Part shown: piece after piece, positions 13,442 to 25,900 of the stretch
Layout of the letters: each line of letters starts with the position of its first letter
Numbering within the stretch: the stretch's first letter is position 1
DNA from: the human T2T-CHM13v2.0 reference genome, Homo sapiens
Assembly (NCBI RefSeq): GCF_009914755.1
Contig: NC_060945.1
Direction: 5' to 3' (one strand)
Length of the DNA: 64,000 bases
Notes under the pieces: generated by a model
Told to the model about the DNA's origin: nothing
The model's database searches: none
Seen by the model: the letters and a program-made list of their open reading frames with translations, nothing else
Translations under genes and position numbers: made by a program

Positions 13442-15046
13442 TCATCCGAGTTTTTTGGAAGTGTTTCCTTGCTGCCTAAATTATATGGTGGGGCCTCCAG
13501 GGAACAAAGCGAGTCCCCCTGCTTGGGCCCTGGTGGTCACTGGCATTCCTGCCCACACAGCAGTGGGGGACATCCCAGGCTAGGGCTAATGGCTGTCCAC
13601 AGGGTAGGGCCTTGCTTCTCCGTCACTTTGCTCCACTAGACAGTAGAGTTTGGTTGGGGTCTGTAGCATGCCAGGCACCTTTGACGCTTCACAAATGTGT
13701 TACCAGATTTTTAAAAAGGTATTTCTGCTATAACTGAGGATGTGGACTGTTGCAACAGGAAAAGTTGAAAGCCTTACTAAAGAGATCAGGCTTTGAGGTA
13801 TAGCTCAGGTAATGCTACCTGCAAGTAAAGGGTAACTTTTTAGCAGACTATAGCAAAGGCGGGGAGAGACTGGGGAGACCTACGGGGGAAGATGGGGGCA
13901 CCTACAGTTGCAAGGTGGGCACCAGTTGTCAGGAGTTGACAGGAGGGCATAGCCAGGAACAGCTGGTGTCTCCTTACTGGGACATGCTGTGACCTGTAGA
14001 ATCGTGTCTGACCATTTCTGGAGGATGCAGTACTGAATTCAAGTAACAAGGTGTCCTGTGAACCCCCCACAGTCAGATGGGTGAGGGATGGGGAGGGTCA
14101 CGCAGGGTGTGGGCGGCGTGCCTGGCATGGGTCCTGCCAAGTTCGTCAGGTAACGTGATACTTCTCCCTTGCTTTTTGGTAGATGGACAGTGTGTCACCC
14201 TCGGGGAGCAGGTGGGCTGGCAGGACAGGCGGCCCCAGGCCGGGAGAAGGAGACACTCCCAGGTACTCTCGTCTACCCCTGCTGGTGACCTGCCTGCCCG
14301 GCCCCGTTCTGTTCCAGATGATGGCTCACCTGTGACCCTGCCTGCCCTGCCCAGCTTCGCCCCCATGTCTGCCTGTCCCCAACCTCAGTGCTGTCGGCTG
14401 ACCTACCTCAGCCCACGCCCTGCCCTCTTTTTTCCCACCCCACGGGGCCGATCCTGACTTCTGGTTGCTCCCTTTGCTTGACCGTTCTCTTGAGGTTCTT
14501 AACCCTGAACTGCACCCGACTCCCATTGACCTCACTCACTGTGGGCCGCCACGAGGGCCCCTCAGAGACGATGCTAACGGCCTCTCAGATGCTGACCTGC
14601 TTCATGTCTATTTCCTTTTACAGGGTAATTTGTAGTGGAATGAGAAAAAAAAGTTGTATTTCTTAAACAACATGATCTGGAGTATGTGGTGACTGTCAAC
14701 TTTTCATCTATGCAGAATGTTAATGACTCACCAGTCACAGGGCAGTTCTCCTCAGGTTAGAAACACAGTGGAGCTAATGACACATTTCAGAATTAGAAAT
14801 GGTTTTAGCAATAATTCTAAATGAGGCTGGAAGAATTGAATTGCTGTCCAGATCCAACAGACTTATTCAGCCAACAGTAACCAAATACATGCTCTGTGCC
14901 CTGCTCTGTCCTGGGCTTAGAACACAGTGAGTGCACATCAATGGCTGTGTCCCCAGAGCTGGCCGTCCTGTGTGTACTTCATACCTGAGAAAATGAGATG
15001 GCATGCTCAGCAGATCAAGGAAGGGGGCATGAAGCAGAGGTCAGGA

Positions 15047-15340
15047 GTGAATGTGTGTGCACACGTGCGTGTGCATGTGTGTGTCTGCACATGCAAATGT
15101 GCATGCATGTTTGTGCATACATAGTGTGTGCACGTGTGTGTGTGATTGCATGTATGTGTGTGATTGTGCACGTAGTGTACCCGCATGTGTGCGAGGGTGA
15201 GTGTGTGCATGTGAGTTCATGTGTGCATGAGTGGGTGCATGTGTACATGTGCTTGTGTGCCTATGAGTGCACGAGTGTGTGCATGTGTTTGTGATCGTGT
15301 CTTTTCATGTGTGTATGTGTACACGTGTGCATACATACAT
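15047..15340. repeat. Degenerate (TG)n/(TGCA) alternating purine-pyrimidine tract
   Basis: About 290 bp of GTGTGTGCA-type text. Confidence 0.9.
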
Positions 15341-15740
15341 GCAGTTGGGGGTTGCCAGTGTTCAATAGGGCCGTCAAGGTTGGCCTTATTAAGAAGGTGA
15401 TGTTAAAGGAAAGATGAGGGTGTGAGCCATGGATGAGGAGCAATCCGGGCAGAGGAGTCCCCAGCACGAAGGCTTTAAGGTGGAGGACAACCCGGGGCCA
15501 GTGTGGCCGGAGCAGAGCGAGCAAGGGAGAGCATCAGGGGCTGAGTTCCAGGAGGTGAGGAGCAGGTCATTTGTGGTCCTGTGGCGTCCTAAGAGCTTTT
15601 GCTCTGAGTGGGAGCCAGTGCTTCTTGTCTTAAGCAGAGGTGGGACATGCCAGTGCTTCTTGTCTTAAGCAGGGGAGGGACCTGGGCCGAGTTAGGTTCT
15701 CGCCAAATCGCTCTGGTGTCTGGGTAGAGAATAGTCTCTC

Positions 15741-16135
<395 letters not shown>

Positions 16136-19100
16136 TCAGATTCAGGATCCGTTTTGAAGGTAGGACCTTCAAACAGAGTGGAGGAAGTACTTGTGGGACA
16201 GGGGAGGTGAGGTGACTGCGGGGCTCTAGGCCCGATTAGCAGGAAGGACGAAGTTGTGTCCAGCACTTGCATCGAGGGCAGCCAAGGTGGGACGCCGTGC
16301 CATTCAGGCAGAGCAGTGAGCACACAGTTGGATAGAGAGACCCAGGAGAGGTGGACTTGTGCCTGTGGACTTGTGCCTGATTGGTCCCTCCATGATGTTT
16401 TATGCCGGAAATGGCATGGGTCATCCGGGGGCGTCTGTGGAGAGAAGAGGAGCAAGGACCCAGGCCTGGGGCGCCCCTGCCTTGGCAGGCTGGGATGCAG
16501 TGGAGGAACAAGCAGAGTCTGAGCCTAAGTGGCCAGCGAGGGACCCAGGAGACGCAAAAGCTGAGGGCAGTGCCTCATCAGGAGAGGAGAGATAGTCTCA
16601 ATCCTGTGGACAGGTGGGGTAAGGGGAGAGCCAGGAATGAGCCACCAGAGCTCACACAGGTCCTTGGGGGTCTTGAGCAGTTTTAGACTTGGCGGGCAAC
16701 AAAAGCAAAAGTGGGGTGCTCTGGAGAGGGAGAAGGACAGCAGAGGGGCTGGGGCAGCAAGGTGGAGTTTTGAAGAGTTTTACTACAAAGGAAAAGAGAG
16801 TAGTAGGGGGAAGGAAGCCAGTTTTGAGAGTGGAAGAAACAGTAGGTTGTTTCTGTGTAGGTCACAGCAACCAGCAGAGCTCTCACAAGGGCAGGAGAAC
16901 CACTGGGGCAGCCTTGGGATGCCCAGGATGGGGGTGGGCTCAGTAGAGGGGCTGGCTGGCCCACCGAGGCCAGCATCTTGCAGTGGCGAAGGTGCAGAGA
17001 TGGTGGGGTCCATCCCAGGAAGCCCCTCACAACAAGGCTGTGTTGGTCGTCAGCCCAGCGTGGGAAGGGGGAGTTTTGAAGACAGGAATCGGTATGAGAT
17101 ATGCATATTTATATGTTTTTGATGTACGATAAAAGGCAGTTTCATATGGGTCAGTGTAAGGTTTGTGCGGTAGAATTTGGAAGGCTGGGAGCATGGCCAG
17201 CCCAGGGAGTGAGTGTGGTCACTGGTGTGTGTGGCCTGCCTGTGGTCTGGTCTGGTGTACACTGAGTCGTTTGTGTTCTCCAGTTGTGTGCAGCTCCAGA
17301 ATCTAGGCACGGAATTGACAGAGAGTGAGACTTTAATAGGGTGTGGCTTTTGTCAAGCAAGGACAAGGAACCAAGCGGGTAGCCAGACACAAAGGCAGAG
17401 AGGAGACGATGGTCTCGCGGCGTGATCTGGGCTAGGGAAGGAGAGAAGCTCGCGAGGGAGGTGTGCAACAGCCGGAAGGCAGGTGGCCGCCAACAACTTT
17501 CTTTTTCCAGTTGGTGGCAGTCATAAGTTAATTTCTGTCGAAGTAGAATACAACTAAGAAAAAATTTTAAAATACAACTACCTCTTCAGCTTAGAGAATA
17601 GTACTACTTGGTTTCCCTGGTAACTGCCAACCGCTTGACTGACTGCACAGCAAGTGTTAGGTCGTGGCACAGGGTAATTACAGACAACAGAGAAATTGCA
17701 GGGTAAGGCTTAAATAATCCTAAAGCAACTATGTAGTTAGGTCCTGCTCCTGAAAGCAAGGATGCAGTTCATTTCCAGCCCTGAGCTGCACTCAGGAGCT
17801 GGGCCTCATGCCCAGTCCCCATCCTTAGGGCAGTGCCCGCCCTCAGGCTGACAGCCTTTCCTTTCCTTGCTCCAGTCGCCTGGGTGTGAGTCCTGCTTCT
17901 CCCATTTTCTCTGTGCTGGGACCTCAAGGCAAGCCGACTGCAAGCCCACCTGGCCCAGGCCACTGCAGGGCCACCCTTCGCAGGGCCAGGCTGTGAAGCA
18001 GTTGGAGGCGAGGCCCGGGGCTCCAGGCTACTGTGTTGAGATTAATCTTACCAACTAGAACTTTAAAAATTGTGTTTCCAGCCTTTATTTGAAAGTGGGA
18101 GAAACAGTAGCTTGTCTCTGTGCAGGTGGCAGCAACCCGCAGAGCTGCGGCAAGGGCAAGAGAACCGCTGGGGCAGCCTTGGGATGCCAGGAGGGGCGGG
18201 CTCAGTGGAGGGTCTGGCTGGCCCACCGAGGCCAGCGTCTGGCAGTGATGAAGGTGCAGAGAAGGTGGGGGCCCTCCCAGGAAGCCCCTCTGGGATAAGA
18301 GGTTAGCTTATCTATTGTCTGTGGAAAGAAAACTTAAATAGAGTTTTCTTTTTTAAAAAAGACAGCACAAGTCAGTCTTCTGGTGATTGTAACAGGATGG
18401 TCACCTGAGAACAGTCATCTACTGACACCCTGAACCAGAATCTCCAGAAAAGACAGAAATTTTGAAACAGCAGCAACAACAGAAATTCATGATGTGCTGG
18501 GAGACAGGGATGACTGCAGTCAGAGGACCAGATGTCTTGATTGATTATTAAGAGAGAGAAACAGGCGATGTTTGTGGAATCACATCACCACAGAAGACAT
18601 GCAGACAGGCCTAATGCAGAGAAGAGTGGAAGTTAGGACGCTCAGCGCAGATTAATGGACTCAGGGAGTTGGAGAGGGCTGGCTGGCAGCACTTACTCAG
18701 AGGAGCAGAGCCAGGTATCCCCCTCAAACCCCCCGGCTTTGGGCCCAGGCAGTCAGAAGTTGTGTCGGGGCCAGCCACCAACTCCAGTGAGGGACAGGGA
18801 GCCACTTCCAGGAGATGAAACATTGTCACATGCAGTCCAAAGACACCCCTCCTTCTCCCTGCTGCAACACCCGAGGCTGACCAAAGTAGACAGGAACAGT
18901 ATCCAGGATGAGCAAACCAAGCCTCTCTAAAGCAAAACTGCCAACAAGCTGGGAACCACAGCACGCTGGAGGGAAACCAGCAGCAGGAGAAAGCAGCAGC
19001 AAGCACAGCAGAAAGAAGACGTGGGGCCGCCTTCCGGACGGAGACTCGGTCAGACACACGGCTCCTTCAAAGGGAGTGCCAAAGGCCTTGAAGAGTAGAC

Positions 19101-20119
19101 GGTCAAAGTGGCACAGCCAGGAAAGCAGGACTCACAGAATGGGCAGCATGAAGAGTTGCATAGCCACGGACTATTGAGAACGCAGACCCAGAACTGTTAC
19201 CGCACTCAGACGTCAAAAACCGAGAGCTATTCCCGAGCACAGACCGAGGACCAGCGAGTCCAGGACTCGCTGATGCAGAGCTCCAGGACTGACAGGCGGG
19301 GAGAGCGAGAGGAAAAGCTGAGGCCAAGCGCGATGCTGAGAAGCTCCATATTCTGTTTAACAGGAGTCTGAGGACCAGGAAAGAGAGAATATTGAGGGGA
19401 AGATAATGGAGACATCCTAGAAGATCGTCTCCCCGAGCACAGAGCGCATCACAGGACTGACCAGTATTGAGTGGGCGCGGGGAAAACATGGCTGCCAGGA
19501 CCTGTGAGGACCGAGTTTCAGATACTGTGGACAGCGGAGACTCCACAGGGGCTCTGCAGGAGGAGACGGGAGGCGATAGCCCCTGCAAAGCTCTGGCTGG
19601 TGATTGGCATCAGACTTCTCAATGAGAAACTGTACTCTAGATTTAATTAGAACAGTATCTTCAAAATACTCGGGAAAAATGATTTCAAACCTGGAATTGT
19701 AGACACAGACAGACTAGAATTCAAATTGAAGGGCAAAGGAAAAGTGTCTTCAGATAGTGAAGGACTCAGAGGTTACCAGCCTCATCCCTAATACCCTGAC
19801 AAAACTAAAAAAAAGACAACTATCTATGAAAGAAAACAAGTTTTGATTCCACAAATAATGGAGAGGAAAGCATCCAGTGTAACATGTACTAGTCTAAATC
19901 ACTGTTGGTGTATATTGGTATGCAAATTAAAATACTATTTGAAATAAAAATCTCAAGCATATGTATCTGTATAATGATGAGAAGGAGAAAAATGAAAGCT
20001 TACTAAACTTCAGGGTTTTTTTCAGGGGGAATTTATAGATGCTACTCACGCCCGTAGTATAGAAATGAAGGCTTAAATGGATTAATGATTTACAAGGAAC
20101 CATTGTAAATGATTTACAA

Positions 20120-20305
20120 GGAACCCTGGCTCTACAGAAAATTTACAAATTAGCTGGATGTAGTGGTGCGTGCATGTAGTCCCAGCTACTCCAGAGGCTG
20201 AGGTGGGATTATCGCTTGAGCCGAGGAGTTTGGGGCTATAGCAAGCCAAGACCGTGCCTCTGCACTCCAGCCCAGGTGACAGAATGAGACCCCACCTCTA
20301 AAATT
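20120..20305 (+). mobile_element. 5'-truncated AluJ (linker plus right arm)
   Basis: CTCTACAGAAAATTTACAAATTAGCTGG..GGCTGAGGTGGGATTATCGCTTGAGCC. Confidence 0.8.
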
Positions 20306-20530
20306 AAGTAAATAGGAGCTCCCTGAGGAATAGGGACAGATGCATGACTTCACATCTTGAACAGGAAAATTTTCAGAACGAAGAAAACCTCATCAATTCA
20401 CCAAAAGGTGGAGTAGAATGGAAAACATTTGAAATCATAGAAAATATATAAGGCAAGACATTAATTCAAATATGAGGTTAGATTTCTCTATTAAAAGGCA
20501 GACCTCAGATTGTCTTAAAAATGACCCAGA

Positions 20531-20879
<349 letters not shown>

Positions 20880-22904
20880 CTAGAAAGCAGACCAGCAACG
20901 ACATTTTCGTGAAAAAGATGAAAGGCATTAAATGGGACAAAGATACTTCACGTTTATAATCCTCTAAGAAGATACGATCATTGTGAACTTTTATGTACAT
21001 AATTACATAGCTGTGAAATTTATGTAGAAAGAAATTCTAAGAATAAGAGATGGATTAATTCAGTACCATAATGGGAAATTTCAATTGACAAATCAAAGGG
21101 ACCAGAATGTCCGTATGTTTACGAGGAATTTGAATAGCATTCATAACCCACTCTCTTTTTGGAAGGGGACACAGAGGACACTTGTCTTCTTCTTTTTCTT
21201 TTTTTTTTTTTCCCCTTTCCTTTCTTTTCTTTACCTTCTCTCTCTCTCTCCAGGACCATTCACAAATATCTCTGCCATGTATTTGATTTTATAGAAAATC
21301 TTAATTTTCAAAAGCAGAAATCATAAAGTGCAGTAAAAGTGGAAAAAAACACAAAATGATAGCCAAAAGTAACCCAGGCGTCATTATATACTTGGGAATT
21401 TTGGAATGCCTTTAAATAAAGCATACTGATTAAAAAGTAATGAAAGTGAGAGAATGTTGCACGTCAAACATGAGGGATGCCACAAAAGCAATTCTCAGAA
21501 GAAAATGTCAGAAAACCAGAAACATTTACAATGAATGAACTGGCCATATGACTCTAAAGGTTAGAGAAAGACTTAAAACCAATTCAAGATAAAGTAGGAA
21601 AAATGAATGAAGATAAAATAGAGGTTAATACAGTAGAGCATGGAAACTTATTGCTTGGTGCAATAAATTCTGAAAAAGAATCAATAAAATACTTAAACTG
21701 TTAGCCACTTCGATCAAGAAAGAGAAGGTGTGAAACCTTAAAACTTGGGAAACAGGAAAATAGATACCACTGCAGGTAGGAAGCTGTTAACACTCTAAGA
21801 GACTGCTGTTTACAGCCTCTGTGCAAAGAAATTTGGAAATCTAAGTGAACAGTTTTCTACAAAGATGTAAATCAACGAAACTGCCTCAATGTATGTAATG
21901 AGTCTGAAAAGACCCGTAATTGTGAGAGTGATTGAAAACGCCAGTCAGAGGGCTGCACTCTCACACCACCTGACGATCCCCTCTGCAGGTGGGTTTCAGC
22001 ATGTCCCAAAGGGAGGGTCATGTGTGAGGTCTATAAACCATGCTGGTGTACAGAAACAACAAAACTTCTCCAAGTCATCTGATGAGCTCAGCAATATTGT
22101 CATGTAGAAATTGTGCAAGAATTGTTAAAAAAAAATCTATAGGTAACTGTACCCTCAGAAAACAGATGTGCAATCATAAGTAAAGTGTTAGAAAATTAAA
22201 TCCAACCTGCACTTAGTTTTAACTGTTTTTATTTTCATTTAGGAAGAGCTTTTTACAATTTGGTTTGGAGGTTTTGCTGTGTCTCCTGCCTCAGTTTCCT
22301 CTTTGGGATGCTGTTCACATGTGTTTGCACTTCCTTGTCTGTCTTCTGTATGTATCACTTCTCTTGAATTCTTTTCATTGCTTTTTTAAAAATTTTTTAA
22401 AGTTTCCATTTTTTGTCTGTTGTGTTTATTTGGTCTTTTTGTGTCTTCTAATTTCATCTTTATTTTTGAAATATTTTTCTTTCTATTCCCACATATTTTC
22501 TAGTTCTGTGACCTCAGTTGTTTAGTTTTTCTAATTCTGATTTGTATTTTTTCACCTTTTGCACCATTAATGCCTTTTAGGCAATTAAAAAATACTTGAT
22601 TATGGTTTTTGTCTTTTTTGTTAGCATGTTTTTATGGTGTGTTTATTGTCAGTAAAGATGTTATTTAGTTTCTTATTTTCTTTTGTCTTTTAAAAAACTT
22701 TGTATGGGGTTTGAATTGTGTGAAATTTGTTTCCCAAACCTCTTAGAATGGAAGCATGATTTATAATAGCATTTCTAATTACATAGCTCTTGAAGGCCCT
22801 CTTGTGTTATTTTTATATAAAGTTTAAATACGAGGGCTTAATCAATGAATTTGTAATGTGTCTGGGGACAGGCCATGGAGAATCAGCAGAGAATTAGGTG
22901 GTAA

Positions 22905-25900
22905 TACTGGCTCAGTGCTCATGTTCTGATTTTGATCATTGCACTGTGGTTATCTGGATGTTGTTTTGGGGAAACACATGGTACAGTATTTGGGGTGAAA
23001 GAGCGTGGTGTATGGGCCTACAGAGATAGTAAATATGTGGATGGACAGATGTATGGATCCGTAGAGAAAGTGAATGTGAATGCTAGATGGATGGATGCAT
23101 GAATCCATAAAGAAAGTGAATGTGTGCATGGATGGATGAATGCATGGATGGACGAATGCATGGATCCACAGAGAGTGAATGCGTGGATGGACGAGTGCAT
23201 AGGTCCATAGAGAGAGTGAATGCATGGATGGACAAGTGCATGGATCCACAGAGAGTGAATGCATGGATAGTTGAGTGCGTGGATCTGTAGAGAGAGTGAA
23301 TGCATGGATGGACGAGTGCATGGATCCACAGAGAGTGAATGCATGGATAGACGAGTGCATGGATCCATAGAGAGAGTGTAATGCATGGATAGATGAGTGC
23401 ATGGATCCGTAGAGACTGAATGCATGGATGGACAGATGCATGGATCCATAGAGAGAGTGATTGTGTGCATGGATGGATGAATGCATGGATGGATGAATGC
23501 ATGAATCCACAGAGAGTGAATGCATGGATGGATAAGTGCATGGATCCATAGGGAGAGTGAATGCATAGATGGACGAGTGCATGGATCCACAGAGAGTGAA
23601 TGCATGGATGGACGAGTGCGTGGATCCATAGAGAGAGTGAATGCGTGGATAGACTGGATAGATGAGTGCATGGATCCATAGAGAGAGTGAATGCATGGAT
23701 AGACCAGTGCATGGATCCATAGAGAGAGTGAATGCATGGATGGACGAGTGCATGGATCCATAGAGTGAATGCATGGATGGACAAGTGCACAGATCCATAG
23801 AGGGAGTGAGTGCATGGATGGACGAATGCATGGATCCATAGGGAGAGTGAATGCATTGATAGATGAGTGCATGGATCCATAGAGTGAATGCATGGATGGA
23901 CAAGTGCACAGATCCATAGAGGGAGTGAGTGCATGGATGGACGAATGCATGGATCCATAGGGAGAGTGAATGCATTGATAGACGAGTGCATGGATCCATA
24001 GAGTGAATGCATGGATGGACAAGTGCATGGATCCATACAGAGTGAATGCATGGATGGACGAGTGCATGGATCCATAGAGAGAGTGAATGCATGGATGGAC
24101 GAGTGCATGGATCTGTAGAGAGAATGAATGCATGGATGGACGAGTTCATGGGTCCATAGAGTGAATGCTTGAATGGACAAGTGCATGGATCCATAGAGAG
24201 AGTGAATGCATGGATGGACGAGTGCATGGATCCGTAGACAGAGCGAATGCACGGATGGACAGATGCATGGATCCATAGAGTGATTGTGTGCATGGATGGA
24301 TGAATGCATGGATGGATGAATGCATGAATCCACAGAGAGTGAATGCATGGATGGATGAGTGCATGGATCCATAGAGAGAGTGAATACATGGATAGACTGG
24401 ATAGACGAGTGCATGGATCTACAGAGAGTGAATGCATGGATGGACGAGTGCATGGATCTGTAGAGAGAGTGAATGCATGGATGGATGAGTGCATGGATCC
24501 ATAGAGTGAGTGCATGGATGGACGAGTGCACAGATCCATAGAGAGAGTGAATGCATGGATGGACGAGTGCATGGATCCATAGAGAGAGTGAATGCATTGA
24601 TAGACGAGTGCATGGATCCGTAGAGAGAGTGAATGCATGGATGGACGAGTGCATGGATCCATAGAGTGAATACATGGATGGACGAGTGCATGGATCCATA
24701 GACAGAGTGAATGCATGGATGGACGAGTGCATGGATCTGTGGAGAGAGTGAATGCATGGATGGACAAGTTCATGGGTCCATAGAGTGAATGCTTGAATGG
24801 ACGAGTGCATGGATCCATAGAGAGAGTGAATGCATGGATAGATGAGTGCAAGGATCCATAGAGAGAGTGGATGCATGGATAGATGAGTGCATGGATCCAT
24901 AGAGACTGAATGCATGGATGGACAGATGCATGGATCCATAGAGAGAGTGATTGTGTGCATGAATGGATGAATGCATGGATGGATGAATGCATGAATCCAC
25001 AGAGAGTGAATGCATGGATGGATGAGTGCATGGATCCACAGAGAGTAAATGCATGGATAGACGAGTGCATGGATCCATAGAGACTGAATGTGTGGATGGA
25101 CAGATGCATGGATCCATAGAGAGAGTGATTGTGTGCATGGATGGATGAATGCATGAGTCCACAGAGAGTGAATGCATGGATGGATGAGTGCATGGATCCA
25201 TAGAGAGAGTGAATGCATGGATAGACTGGATAGACGAGTGCATGGATCCACAGAGAGTGAATGCATGGATGGATGAGTGCATGAATCTGTAGAGAGAATT
25301 AATGCATGGATGGATGAGAGCATGGATCCATAGAGAGTGAATGCATGGATGGACGAGTGCATGGATTCATAGAGAGAGTGAATGCATGGATAGACTGGAT
25401 AGACAAGCGCATGGATCCGTAGAGAGAGTGAATGCATGGATGGACGAGTGCATGGATCCGTAGAGAGAGCGAATGCATGGATGGATGAGTGCATGGATCC
25501 ATAGAGAGTGAATGCATGGATGGACGAGTGCATGGATCCATAGAGAGAGTGAATGCATGGATAGACTGGATAGACAAGTGCATGGATCTGTAGAGAGAGT
25601 GAATGCATGGATGGGCGAGTGCACGGATCCATAGAGTGAATGCATGGATGGACGAGTCATAGAGAGAATGAATGCATGCATGGAGGAATGCATGGATCTG
25701 TAGAGAGTGAATGCATACATGGATGAATGCATGGATCCATAGAGTGAATGCATGGATGGACGAGTGCATGGATCCATAGACAGAGTGAATGCATGGATGG
25801 ACGAGTGCATGGATCCTTAGAGAGAGTGAATGCATGGATGGCCAGATGCATGTATCCATAGAGAGTGAATGCATGGATGGACGAATGCATGGATCCATCA

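Noticed and set aside
14998-15340. Cys/Val- and His/Thr-rich ORFs
   Set aside because: Translation of a TG-rich simple repeat
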